DNA from: Nitrospirota bacterium
Lineage (GTDB): Bacteria > Nitrospirota > Thermodesulfovibrionia > Thermodesulfovibrionales > Dissulfurispiraceae
Assembly: GCA_963710375.1 (NCBI GenBank)
Contig: CAVPZX010000008.1
Coordinates: forward strand, 32,001 to 96,000
DNA: 64,000 bases
Direction of reading: 5' to 3'
A program made the translations under genes and the position numbers. A model generated the notes under the pieces. It did not search any database. It was not told the origin of the DNA and saw only the letters and a list, made by a program, of their open reading frames with translations. This document shows positions 7,596 to 17,857 of the stretch, one piece after another (position 1 is the first letter of the stretch; each line of letters begins with the position of its first letter).

Positions 7596-10010
7596 TCACT
7601 CTTTTTTGAATGTCAGCGCATCCAGCCTGTTGCGTGCATCGAGGTTAGCAGGGTCTATGAGCAGCACTTTTCTATATTCCTCTATTGCCCGGTACGTGAT
7701 CCCGAGCTGCTCATACAATGCTGCGCAGACCAATTGCATTTCCGTGTCATCCGGGAAGTGAACAAGTCCCTTCTGTATAATGTCAAGGGCAGTATCGTAA
7801 TCTTTCTGTCCCCTAAAGAAGTCGGAAATCGCGTAAACATATGATTTACTCGCAGACTTATCACTGTCTATGAAATTAAGGGCTTTGAGATAGGCCTGTT
7901 CAGCCAATGAGTCGTTGCCGGTCCGGTGAAGATACGATCCGAAAGTAATATACGGAAACATCCTTTGCGGCAGTGCCTTTTGTATTTCTTCGTCATTGTA
8001 ACCATTAAGCACCAGAAGCGTTATATACTCACGTGTTTGTTCAGGTACAAGGCTCATCGAGAGCGCTATATTCTTAAGCGCTTCTTCTCTTCTGCCTTGC
8101 GAAATCAGCCATACGGCATATGTCCTGTGTCGCAAAGCATTCCTGCTGTCATACTCGGTTCCCAGACGAAGCAGACGCTCAGCCTTATCGAAATCCGAGC
8201 GGGCTGCATATGCAAACCCGAGGTCCTGCAAATATCCGCCGTTCATACAATCCTGCTCAAGTGCCTTTGTATAATAGCGGAGCGCACCGTCGTTGTTCGA
8301 CAGCAGCACCTCCATTTTACCGACAGCATCCCGGTATCGCGCATCAAAAGGGTCACATAGAGATGCCCAGTAAGCCCTTTTCTTTATCTTGAGCAATTCA
8401 TTCCGAGTATGTTGTTCATCGAGACTGAAGCTCTTAACTCCGGAGAACAAGATTTCAGCAGCCAATGCGCCTATATTTACGGTTGTTATTACTATCAATA
8501 GCACAACAGCTGCTCTGCGCAGTTTTGACAACGGGAAGGGTTGTATTGTCTCGAGATAAGTTGAATTGAGCTTCTCCCGCATCCGGGTATGCGTCGCCGA
8601 GACGAGTAAGCCGCAGAGAAAAAAGAAATAGAGCCCGTTTGAACCTATATGGAGGTTAAAATCAACAACGCTGTGAATCATGATTGCGAGCAATCCGGCA
8701 GCGCTTCCGATAGAGAGATATATAGAATAGGATTCTTTTCGCTGCAGAAAGGTTTTGTATGAACGATAGAGCACGGAGCAGAGGAACCATCCGGCAAGCA
8801 AAAAGGCAATTATACCCCCCTCAGTCAAAAGCTCAATATAGTCGTTTTCGGCATGGTCGGCAGTAAGTTCCCCGGGGAATGTCCGGTATCTTTGATAGCT
8901 GCTGACAAACGTCCCGAACCCTGTTCCGGTCAGAGGGAAATCCCGTATCAAGCGCGTGCTGTCGTTCCATAGTGTAGGCTTGATTTCAGTAATATTACCT
9001 TGGACATCCCTAATGTTCTCAAAACGCTGCACAATAGGTTCCCACCCTAACCAGGTCACAACGAGGAACAAAGTTATAAAGAATGCGATAATAAACATTC
9101 CATTTTTATAGCGCCCCTTTTTCCGGGCAACCATTAAACTGAAAAAGATCATCGAAAGGCAGAGGCTTACTACACCGCCGCGCGACAGGGATAGGAAAAC
9201 CGAGGCCGCAACAAGTATTGAAAAAAATCCAATAAGTATGTGGCGGTCCGTATCTTTACTGGTAAAGATATTCAAAAGACGCTCACGAAACGAACGGTAT
9301 TTGACCTTCGGTTTGAAATAGACAAAAATGCTCAGTATAATGGGTAGGACCATTTCCATGAAACCCGCATAGTGGTTTTTGTTCACAAAAGGACCAAATG
9401 GGTGGCCCCCCTGCGTTAGATTTCTGATCCAGTAAAGTTTACCGTTATAAAAAAGATACTGGAAAATTCCCAGAAGGGCGAGTCCGGATGAGAACGTGAT
9501 GACCACTTTCACTGTTTTCCTGAGAAGCTCTTTTCCGGCAAGCAGCTGCACCGTAACAATATAAAAAGAGAGATATGCTGTAAACCTGAACCATTCCAGC
9601 ATAGTCGCTTTTTTATTGATCGAAAGTGTCATCCAATTCACGGGTTCGACACTCCCTATAGTTTCGGCATAAACTTTATAAGTATTGGGAGAAATAATGT
9701 GCACTATCCCAGCCGGCAGGGGAATAAGCTGTATAATGCAATATGACCAGAGGGCAAACAATGGGATGATCCCCGGGACCTTGTAGAAAAACTGCAGGCC
9801 TTCGTTACGCTCCCTGCACAATAAAAAAAGCGCCCACAGAGAACACCCCTCCATAACGGTCAACGACCATTGCTCCACTGTCCCAAAGGCAAGCGGAGAA
9901 AAGATCAGTAGAAAAATAAAAAATGCGTAACTCTTAGGGCTTGCGAATAAATAACTTGTACCTTGATGCATCTCAGCTTCGGGGATCAGCTTTGCCCGAT
10001 CCTCCATCAC
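7596..10010 (-). CDS. O-antigen ligase (Wzy_C) family membrane protein with C-terminal TPRs; present N-terminus derives from the inserted repeat
   Basis: FGPFVNKNHYAG, SLSRGG, GTGFGTF, HAENDY, HSVVDFNL; TPR-like C-terminus. Confidence 0.88.
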   Translation of the reverse strand: MMEDRAKLIPEAEMHQGTSYLFASPKSYAFFIFLLIFSPLAFGTVEQWSLTVMEGCSLWALFLLCRERNEGLQFFYKVPGIIPLFALWSYCIIQLIPLPAGIVHIISPNTYKVYAETIGSVEPVNWMTLSINKKATMLEWFRFTAYLSFYIVTVQLLAGKELLRKTVKVVITFSSGLALLGIFQYLFYNGKLYWIRNLTQGGHPFGPFVNKNHYAGFMEMVLPIILSIFVYFKPKVKYRSFRERLLNIFTSKDTDRHILIGFFSILVAASVFLSLSRGGVVSLCLSMIFFSLMVARKKGRYKNGMFIIAFFITLFLVVTWLGWEPIVQRFENIRDVQGNITEIKPTLWNDSTRLIRDFPLTGTGFGTFVSSYQRYRTFPGELTADHAENDYIELLTEGGIIAFLLAGWFLCSVLYRSYKTFLQRKESYSIYLSIGSAAGLLAIMIHSVVDFNLHIGSNGLYFFFLCGLLVSATHTRMREKLNSTYLETIQPFPLSKLRRAAVVLLIVITTVNIGALAAEILFSGVKSFSLDEQHTRNELLKIKKRAYWASLCDPFDARYRDAVGKMEVLLSNNDGALRYYTKALEQDCMNGGYLQDLGFAYAARSDFDKAERLLRLGTEYDSRNALRHRTYAVWLISQGRREEALKNIALSMSLVPEQTREYITLLVLNGYNDEEIQKALPQRMFPYITFGSYLHRTGNDSLAEQAYLKALNFIDSDKSASKSYVYAISDFFRGQKDYDTALDIIQKGLVHFPDDTEMQLVCAALYEQLGITYRAIEEYRKVLLIDPANLDARNRLDALTFKKE

Positions 10011-10118
10011 AAAATCCTCAACGTAGCTCTGCTACGCCTCCGGTTTTGCTCAATCGGATCAGCCAAAGCTGACCCAAATCTGAGCGCCTTAATGCACAAC
10101 TTATTTATTCGCAAGCCC
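9937..10118. mobile_element. 182 bp palindromic MITE-like element, copy 2, with TTA target-site duplication
   Basis: TIR GGGCTTGCGAATAAATAA / TTATTTATTCGCAAGCCC; TTA at 9934-9936 and 10119-10121. Confidence 0.9.
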
Positions 10119-10826
10119 TTAGACGGCATGAAGCTCCAGTCCTGTTATCACTGCTTCGGGATTTGCGACCACCAGTTGCAATGCACGCTCCCTGCCGATG
10201 ATCTCTTCTGCAATCTTCACACCTTTGGAGAGGATAGGAGGCCTCCATCCGCAGGAATGGGCATCAGTTGCGATACACCCTACTACACCCCTGCGTAAGA
10301 GATATAAAGCGCATTCCCTGACATCGGGTCCGAATTCTCCGGTCAGACTTTCCGCGGTGATCTGCACAGTGACGTTAGCATACAGCAGCTCAAACAAGAA
10401 CTCCGGATTTTTTATTACTGATGCATTGCGCTCAGGATGGGTGATAATAGGAAGCAATCCTTGAAGGCTTATATTAAAGAGAATGTCTTTTGCGTTTTGA
10501 GGAATGTGAGTATGCGGAAATTCGATGAGAATGTAGTTAGTTTCACCAATAGTGTAGTCTTTTATCAGTGAGGGATTGAGGAAGGCATTAACATCAGCAC
10601 CAGGGAGGACCTTCACCGGAATGTCCAAAGCTTGAAGATGCCTGTTCAAGTCGGCCACTCCTTTTTTGATAGCCGATACGGGATGCACGGTGTCCTTTAC
10701 ATGCGGGGTCGCTACTATGGTGGTTATCCCGTCTTCAGCGGCAATCCGTGCCATTTGTATTGACTCCCCTATGCCGGATGGTCCGTCGTCAATCCCGGGA
10801 AGTATGTGACAATGTATATCGATCAC
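10119..10826 (-). CDS. CpsB/CapC family PHP tyrosine phosphatase
   Basis: MIDIHCHILPGIDDG, ATPH, THPERN, ATDAH. Confidence 0.93.
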   Translation of the reverse strand: MIDIHCHILPGIDDGPSGIGESIQMARIAAEDGITTIVATPHVKDTVHPVSAIKKGVADLNRHLQALDIPVKVLPGADVNAFLNPSLIKDYTIGETNYILIEFPHTHIPQNAKDILFNISLQGLLPIITHPERNASVIKNPEFLFELLYANVTVQITAESLTGEFGPDVRECALYLLRRGVVGCIATDAHSCGWRPPILSKGVKIAEEIIGRERALQLVVANPEAVITGLELHAV

Positions 10827-12982
10827 TGCTTCAGGCTGCTGCTCTCTTCCTGTGACGAATAATAGTAACGATGATAACGCTGATAGTAATAGGCATTTTT
10901 CTTTATATCAAGCGCGTTGATCACAAGTCCGAGTACATGCGCTTTCAGGTCTGTAAGGGATTTTAGCCCCTCTCTCACTTCATCGTACGTCACCTTGCCG
11001 GCGCGCGCGACAATGATAGTGCCGTCAAGCATCTTGCTAAGGATAAGAGCGTCAACTACGGTGAGAACCGGAGGGGAATCGCAGATGATGACATCGTATT
11101 TGCCGGCCACTTCAGTAAGCATCTCATTCATCCTGCTCGAACTAAGGAGTTCTGTGGGATTAGGCGGCAGAGGACCTGAAGTGAGAATACTGAGGTTAGG
11201 AAGCGGTCCCTCCTGGATAATGCTAAAATCCGATGCCCCGGCCAGGTAAGTGGAAAGGCCCTTTGCATTATTCAATCCGAAGATTTTATGGATACGCGGC
11301 TTCCTTAGGTCGGCATCTATCATTAGGACCGTGTATTCAGCCTGTGCAATAGCCATTGCGAGATTAACTGCCGTGGCAGTCTTGCCTTCTTCAGGACTCA
11401 TACTGGTAATAAGGATTGTTTTGGGAGGCTTTTCTGCGGATGAAAGGAGCATGGCCGTCCTTATACCTTTATAGCTCTCGGTAATGATCGAGGACGGCTC
11501 GCTCAGCACAATCCCCTCGATGGGGTTTGCCACAGAGGAATTCAACGATATCAACCCGAAAACAGGGATACCCAACTTTGTCTCCGCCTCTTCAGGAGAT
11601 TTAACCGTATTGTCAAGATAATCTACAAAGAAGGCCATGCCCACGCCTCCTAACAAACCGCCAATGAACCCCAGGAAAATGTTAAACATCTTGCGCGGTT
11701 TGGCAGGCGACTTAGGCGCTTCAGCCTTTTCAACTACCAGAACATTTACCGTCTGGACCCTTTCGGTGATGCTCTCTTCCTTGATTTTTTTCATCAGGGC
11801 CTCATAAAGCTGCCTGTTCGTCTCCAACTCTCTGTTAAGGGTGCTATATTCCACAAATTTTTCATTGGAGATCTGGGCTTCAGACTTCGCCTCCCCCAAA
11901 AACCGGTTGAGCGTTGCCACACTTGACGCTGCCAGATCGTAATCATTCTTTACGGAGTCAATGATCCTTAATATCTCAGTCTCTCTCTTCGCCTTGAGTA
12001 TTTTAAGATCTTCCAGTGCACGGATCATGGCCGGATGCTTACTGCCATATTTCTGAGAGAGTGCATTGATATTCTGCTCACTCAGGAGCACCTGCTGGTT
12101 CAGTGCCTGCAGGAAAGGATCTGAAGCGATGACCGACATGGATTCCGCCTTTTCCAGATTCTTCGATACATCCTTCACCTTGTTGTACAGGGTTTCGAGC
12201 TGCTTCTTTTTCGTCTCAGCCAGTACCAACTGCGTGTTCAACTCATAAAGCTTCTGGGGCACTATTGCAGAAGCCTTGTCTTCGAGTGTTACGATATTTC
12301 GGTTCTTCACATATTCCTGAAGCGCCTTCTCTGAACGGTCCAGCCTGTCGCGTTCGTCCTCGGCTTTTTTAGTCATCCACTCAATAGCATAACGGGTGGA
12401 GCTCGTGTTTAATTCAAGGAGTTCTTCGATGTATGCACGAGCCAACGTGTTAGTAATAGTGCTGGCAAACCCGGGATCGGAAGAAGAAAACCGAATCTCT
12501 ACTATCTTGCTGTTCTTGACCGGCCTGACCTCTATATTGCCGGAGATAGCCTTTGCTATCCTATCCACCTTGGCTTGAGCGGCATCCTCAACGGAAACGG
12601 CTATCTGCTGTTGTGATGAAAAAAGTGTCCTAAACCAATTGGCTATTTCACCGAAAAAAGAAAACCCCGGCCTCTTTGCAGGATCGTACCCTTTATCCAG
12701 ATTGAGCAACTCCACCACTTTACGGGAAACCGCCGTACTCTTTATGAGCTCGTATTGTGTTTCGTAAAATGAAGGATCATATGGAGCAAAAGAAGCATTA
12801 GTCAGGTACCGTGACTCCTCTTTTTCAATAAGTATTTTTGTACTGGCCACATAGATAGACTTAGTTGTGAGAGTCCCGATAGCTACAGTAAGAAAAACAA
12901 TGACAAAAAAGGTAATAACGGTCTGTCTTCTCTTCTGCAAGACTTTAACATAGTCGCGTAAATGAATCTCTTTCTCTTGCAT
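10823..12982 (-). CDS. wzc: Polysaccharide co-polymerase / tyrosine autokinase
   Basis: Two TM helices flanking a coiled coil; EGKT Walker A, IDADLRKP; Tyr-rich tail YYYQRYHRYYY. Confidence 0.92.
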   Translation of the reverse strand: MQEKEIHLRDYVKVLQKRRQTVITFFVIVFLTVAIGTLTTKSIYVASTKILIEKEESRYLTNASFAPYDPSFYETQYELIKSTAVSRKVVELLNLDKGYDPAKRPGFSFFGEIANWFRTLFSSQQQIAVSVEDAAQAKVDRIAKAISGNIEVRPVKNSKIVEIRFSSSDPGFASTITNTLARAYIEELLELNTSSTRYAIEWMTKKAEDERDRLDRSEKALQEYVKNRNIVTLEDKASAIVPQKLYELNTQLVLAETKKKQLETLYNKVKDVSKNLEKAESMSVIASDPFLQALNQQVLLSEQNINALSQKYGSKHPAMIRALEDLKILKAKRETEILRIIDSVKNDYDLAASSVATLNRFLGEAKSEAQISNEKFVEYSTLNRELETNRQLYEALMKKIKEESITERVQTVNVLVVEKAEAPKSPAKPRKMFNIFLGFIGGLLGGVGMAFFVDYLDNTVKSPEEAETKLGIPVFGLISLNSSVANPIEGIVLSEPSSIITESYKGIRTAMLLSSAEKPPKTILITSMSPEEGKTATAVNLAMAIAQAEYTVLMIDADLRKPRIHKIFGLNNAKGLSTYLAGASDFSIIQEGPLPNLSILTSGPLPPNPTELLSSSRMNEMLTEVAGKYDVIICDSPPVLTVVDALILSKMLDGTIIVARAGKVTYDEVREGLKSLTDLKAHVLGLVINALDIKKNAYYYQRYHRYYYSSQEESSSLKQ

Positions 12983-12997
12983 AAAATCTCCTGTCCG

Positions 12998-13795
12998 TTA
13001 AAAGAAACTTTCGGGCACTACGATTATATCATCAGGCAGTATAGTCTCGTCCATCTTGACCCTTTCCAGCTTTTCTTCCTTGCCATTGATCTTTCTGATT
13101 ATTCTGACCCTTGACGGCGATGCCTTATCAGTAAATCCCCCTGCAATTGTAATCGCCTTGATCACTGTGGTGCCATCTTCCAATTTATACGCATCAGGCT
13201 TTCTTACCTCGCCATTGAGATAATAAAGTGCCGCTTTGACAACAAAGATGCTGTCGCCGTCAATAATCGGGATGTCTTGGGAAGTATCGCCATGCTCGAT
13301 AAGCCGCTTCAGGTCGATGGTAATTATGGTTTCTTTTTTATCCGGTGAGACGGGCTTCCTTTTAATGATTGCCTTATCTCCTGCGTCTTTGGCCAGATCG
13401 CCGGCATTTGAGAGTACCTGCAGAAGTGTTGTATAGCCATTAAGCTCATACAGACCCGGCCTGTTCACCTGTCCGATGACAGTCACCTTCTGGCTTCTGA
13501 ACTCTTCAATGAATATAGTAACCTGGGGTGAGACAAGATAACCGTCTGACAGCAGTGACGCTATCTTTTCAGACACCTGCGAGATGGTAAGGCCTGCAAC
13601 CTTTACTTGCCCGATTAGGGGGAAAAGGATTGTTCCATTGCCGCCTATTCTTACGAGTGTAGTCAGATCAGGTTGATCATAGATCGTGATTCGTAAAACA
13701 TCACCTTCTCCCACGATATAGTCCTGTGCGGCAAACACACAAAAGCTGCTGCAAAGGACTATGAGCTGCGCTATAATAATTAAATACTTTTTCAT
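12998..13795 (-). CDS. Polysaccharide export protein (Poly_export + SLBB domains, Wza-like)
   Basis: DYIVGEGDVLRI, FPLIGQVKVAGLT, GEVRKP, AGGFT. Confidence 0.9.
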   Translation of the reverse strand: MKKYLIIIAQLIVLCSSFCVFAAQDYIVGEGDVLRITIYDQPDLTTLVRIGGNGTILFPLIGQVKVAGLTISQVSEKIASLLSDGYLVSPQVTIFIEEFRSQKVTVIGQVNRPGLYELNGYTTLLQVLSNAGDLAKDAGDKAIIKRKPVSPDKKETIITIDLKRLIEHGDTSQDIPIIDGDSIFVVKAALYYLNGEVRKPDAYKLEDGTTVIKAITIAGGFTDKASPSRVRIIRKINGKEEKLERVKMDETILPDDIIVVPESFF

Positions 13796-13902
13796 TGATA
13801 GTTATTTGGCTTTTTTAAGTTTGAGGAGCGGAAAAAACATGAACCTCGCAACCTGACACCTTTAAACGATTCGGATAAAAAATATCCACCTATGGCAAAA
13901 CG

Positions 13903-15217
13903 CTAAAAACCTCCCGTAATATTAAAAGTTACCATGTTGCTGTCAAAGCCATACGCCGAGAAATTCGAGTTTTTCTTCGTATAGACATACCCGAGTTGAG
14001 TACTTAACCACTTCCTGAAAGCATAAACTAACGCAACGCCGCCACTGTAATATCCGTCTTCCCTATTCTTGGTTTCGCTTCCGACAGTGACAGCGCCCCC
14101 CTTGTACTGGTCATCAGTAAACGCAGCATTTAGGCTACCCGTTAATTTATCAGTAAATTTATGATTAAACTGTGCACTGGCAGAGGCTGGAAAGGACATA
14201 CCCAGTCCCGATAATATCGGTCTCCTCGGTTTTTCGTGAAATAACAAGACCTATAGAAGATTTCGGGGTAAATACATATTGTATCTGCGATTCAATAGTC
14301 ATATCACCCGCATTGCTCACATTAGAACTTGTAAAGTTTTTTATTTGGTAACCCAGTTTTACCATGATCATCGTTTTTGCCGATACTGCCTTCAGGAACC
14401 CCATAAACACACGATCTTCCTCACTGCCCGGAAGAATATTTTTATCATACCTTACATTAGCAAAATCATACTCGCCAAATAACTCGGTCCTCGATGCGAT
14501 TTTATAAAAAACATATCCTGATGCGGAGTTATCGGTGCGGTTTCTATAAATGTTGTTAGTCAACAAATAGTGAACAGGATAGTTTGAATAGTCGGCCCTA
14601 ACCGCAAAACTATCGTTCACCTCATAGCTCAAAAGAGTATTAAAGGAATTCGTTTCATATTTATCAAGAGTTGCCGAGGCCCCGATACCCTGTATAGTGT
14701 GATATTTCAAATATTGCTCCGTCACATTAAGCAGCAACCCTCCGGGGAAGATGCACTGAAACATCCCCTCGACTTTTTGGTTATCCGAATCTTCAGACGT
14801 GTACTTCGCATACCTCTCAAAATCTCCTCTGTATAAGATATAACCCTGAAAGTTGCGCTGACCAGCTGAGACAAACCTGGTCAATGGTAAACCACCGGGG
14901 CTGACGTACGATGTCGAGACAGTATATGCCTGCTCGACCAGGCCCGGCAGGGCCACCCATATGCCGGGAGAAATAACCGTATCGAAATCCGGCTTCTTGT
15001 TGGTATTGGTGGCCGAAGGATTATCATTGTAAGTTTCCGAAAGGGAAAGGGACGGGTGAATATACCCCCCCAAAGATTCAAGAACATTAGACGTTGTCGG
15101 TCTGACTCCTATCGGCATTTCTTCGACTGCGACAGATGCGGCATATAGCACGGCAGGCATAAGGGTATATGCAACCGCAAGTAACAGAAACAACTTGGCT
15201 GCTCCCGGCATTTTCAC
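13903..15217 (-). CDS. EPS-associated outer-membrane beta-barrel protein, split by a +1 frameshift near 14186
   Basis: Signal peptide, amphipathic strands, terminal Phe; removing one C joins LSS to SASAQFNHK. Confidence 0.78.
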
Positions 15218-15229
15218 CTACGTTATACT

Positions 15230-15724
15230 TCAGAACCCATGCCGGCTTATGAAGGGCTGAACCTGATTGGGATCGTTAGTCGGAGAACTAAAACTGCGGT
15301 TTACATATGGCAGAGCCGTCCCCGTCGTCCCGCCTGCCGGTGTATACGCAAAGCCCGTGCCGCCCCGTCCCATCACACCGGCAACCTGCTGGGGATTTGC
15401 CCCTGAAGAGGTCGCGCTTCTGGCAATAACATCGGTAGTCATGCCGGAAGCAATAGCTCCTTTAATAGCGCTATCGAGAGTAATACCGACGGAAAAAGCA
15501 GCCTGGAATACCTCTGTGACGCTGTATCCGGCATCAATAGCGCTTTTAACCACCTCTATTGGGCTCCTGCCTTCCTGCAAAGCGGTTTTAATTGCCGCTG
15601 CAAGCTCAGCCTCATTGAGTAGTCCCCCATCCGCTGCTCTAAGGCCGGCTATCTGAGCAAAAACCTGACCCCCAAACATTAAGATTAAACCTAATATCAG
15701 AATGATCACCATCTTGCTTTTCAT
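15230..15724 (-). CDS. Exported hypothetical protein with Ala/Gly-rich helical repeats
   Basis: Signal peptide ending VFA; recurring units SAIDAG, AAFSVG, GAIASG, SATSSG. Confidence 0.75.
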   Translation of the reverse strand: MKSKMVIILILGLILMFGGQVFAQIAGLRAADGGLLNEAELAAAIKTALQEGRSPIEVVKSAIDAGYSVTEVFQAAFSVGITLDSAIKGAIASGMTTDVIARSATSSGANPQQVAGVMGRGGTGFAYTPAGGTTGTALPYVNRSFSSPTNDPNQVQPFISRHGF

Positions 15725-15831
15725 AGGTCGCCCCCATTAATTATGCCTAATTTTTAAATAAACAGCTGCTTAAAGTCAAGTATTGCATTGCTTTTTGTCA
15801 TTGTTTTTATGCTGTCTGCACATTGATTTTG

Positions 15832-16624
15832 TCAAATCCCCGACTTGCGGCCCGACGACCGGGAAGCAGCTAACTTTTGCCTGCCTTTTTCTCTGAGCAC
15901 CCGCAAAATGAAGGAGGGGCTGGAAATAAAATTGCGTCGCCACAGGCGGCGGGGCTGGCGGAGCAGTCGCGGAAGCCATTCAAGACCGAATTCCTGGAAA
16001 AATGGATGAGATCTTTTGACATTACCGCTATAAAAATCGAAAACAAGCTCCTATCGCTCCGACAAACTTAACATTTAATTTATTTCTATTCTCGTAAATC
16101 CATTTCTCCTGCTTTGGTGCAGTCATCCCTACCCATAGGACATCAGGTTGAGCTTTATTGACCGCCTCAATCATCAATCGATTGTCTTCATCGCTAAATT
16201 GATGTTTGAAGGGAGGACAATACATTCCGCCAATTCTTATCTCAGGATATTCTACACTCATTTTTTCCCTGATCTTCCGGAGGGTTTCTTCAGTTGAACC
16301 TAAAAAAAACACGCTAAAGCCTTTTTTCTGATTGAGCATATGGTTAAGTCCCCCAAATATATCACTGCCTGTGACCCTGTTTTTTATTGACCCTCCAAGT
16401 ATCTTTGAGGCAATTACAATACCGACACCATCCGGCGTCACAAGATCGGCATTCCTGATTGCCTCATCCAAGATAGAATCATTTTTTGCAACCTGCAGGG
16501 TGTGTGGATTGGCGCAGACAAAATATTTTCTCTTTGCACCATCCTCCAACCAGCGAATGATTCTATAAATGCAATCTTCTTTTGATCTTGCCGATATTCT
16601 ATAACCAAGTATGAATTCAGCCAT
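15832..16624 (-). CDS. WecB/TagA/CpsF family glycosyltransferase, +1 frameshift near 16046
   Basis: PDGVGIV, RVTGSD, VGMTAPKQEKW; shifted frame continues VFDFYSGNVKR...GLEWLPRLLRQPRRLWRR to TGA at 15832. Confidence 0.9.
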
Positions 16625-16626
16625 TG

Positions 16627-17829
16627 TTATCGTCCTCTATTACTGTTTTCAATTGCCTTTTGATAAATATGCATCAACATATCATAATTTTTTTCTGAAG
16701 TATACTTTGCCTCAAATTCTGTTCTGGCATTCCTACCCATTTGAATACAGGCATCCTCATTCTCAAGCATCCATTTTATTTTTGCCGCAAGGTCTTCAGG
16801 ATTTCCAGGCTCGAAGAGAAGCCCGGTTTTACCATCTTCAACAATGGCCGCCATTGCGCCGAGATCAGATGCAATCACCGGTTTCCCGCAGGAAAAAGAC
16901 TCTCTTATCACCATAGGGAAATTCTCATAGCATACTGCGGGCATTATTATGAACTTTGCCTTGACAAGTATTTGCATGCATTCACTAAAAGTCCTTTTCC
17001 CTAAAAACTCTATAGCAGCTATTCCCTCTGTTTGCACTCTATTTTCAAGGGGCTTTCTTAACGGCCCGTCACCTGCGATTTTCAGGGGTAAGGAGATATG
17101 TAGTTTAGAGCGCAATATAGTGAAAGCGTTTAATAGTATATCGGCACCCTTTTCACGGGACAGCCGCCCGAGAAATACTGCACAATCTCCGATTGAATAA
17201 TCCGGGTCCGGCGGATTATCAAGAAAATTAGGTTTTATAAAAATCTTTTCTTCAGGCAAACCGCATTCGATAAATTTCTTCTTGCCGAATTCGGTAAGAG
17301 CTACATATGCATCAATCCTCTGAGACCATGTCTCTTTGAATTTGTGAATAGCCTCTGCAAGAGCAACAGGAATTGAATAAATCCTTGAACCCCTATAGCA
17401 ACCATATTTAACACTCCTCCACGGGATTTTCCCAATACACTCTTCACAAATTTCTCCATTTCTCAATAAAAGGCCGTTAGAGCAATAAATTCTGAAGTTG
17501 TGAAGGGTCTGCACAACCGGTACTCCTGCATCCTCGCAAGCGTAATAACCAGAAGGTGAGATTTGGTACCATATATTGTGGAAATGTGCTATATCAGGCC
17601 TTTCTATCTTTAAAAGAGTTTTCAAGTCATTATAGCTGTTATTGGACCATATAGTATTCAAAGCTAATTTAAGTTTATTCGAATCATCCGCAATATCATC
17701 GTTATATTTTTCATAAGTTACAACCTCGACACCCCTCGCCCGTAAAAGCCCGGTTTCAGCTCTAAACACTGCATCCTCTCCGGATGGAGATGATGATTGA
17801 TAAAAGTTATGTAAACATAATACTTTCAA
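16627..17829 (-). CDS. Glycosyltransferase family 4
   Basis: GRLSREKG, YENFPMVIRESFSCGKPVIAS. Confidence 0.92.
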   Translation of the reverse strand: MKVLCLHNFYQSSSPSGEDAVFRAETGLLRARGVEVVTYEKYNDDIADDSNKLKLALNTIWSNNSYNDLKTLLKIERPDIAHFHNIWYQISPSGYYACEDAGVPVVQTLHNFRIYCSNGLLLRNGEICEECIGKIPWRSVKYGCYRGSRIYSIPVALAEAIHKFKETWSQRIDAYVALTEFGKKKFIECGLPEEKIFIKPNFLDNPPDPDYSIGDCAVFLGRLSREKGADILLNAFTILRSKLHISLPLKIAGDGPLRKPLENRVQTEGIAAIEFLGKRTFSECMQILVKAKFIIMPAVCYENFPMVIRESFSCGKPVIASDLGAMAAIVEDGKTGLLFEPGNPEDLAAKIKWMLENEDACIQMGRNARTEFEAKYTSEKNYDMLMHIYQKAIENSNRGR

Positions 17830-17857
17830 AGGATTATCAAAAAAATATTTTTTTAGG

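Noticed and set aside
15776..16071. Small ORFs or a possible IS remnant between WecB/TagA and the exported protein
   Set aside because: The sequence is the frameshifted 3' end of the WecB/TagA gene
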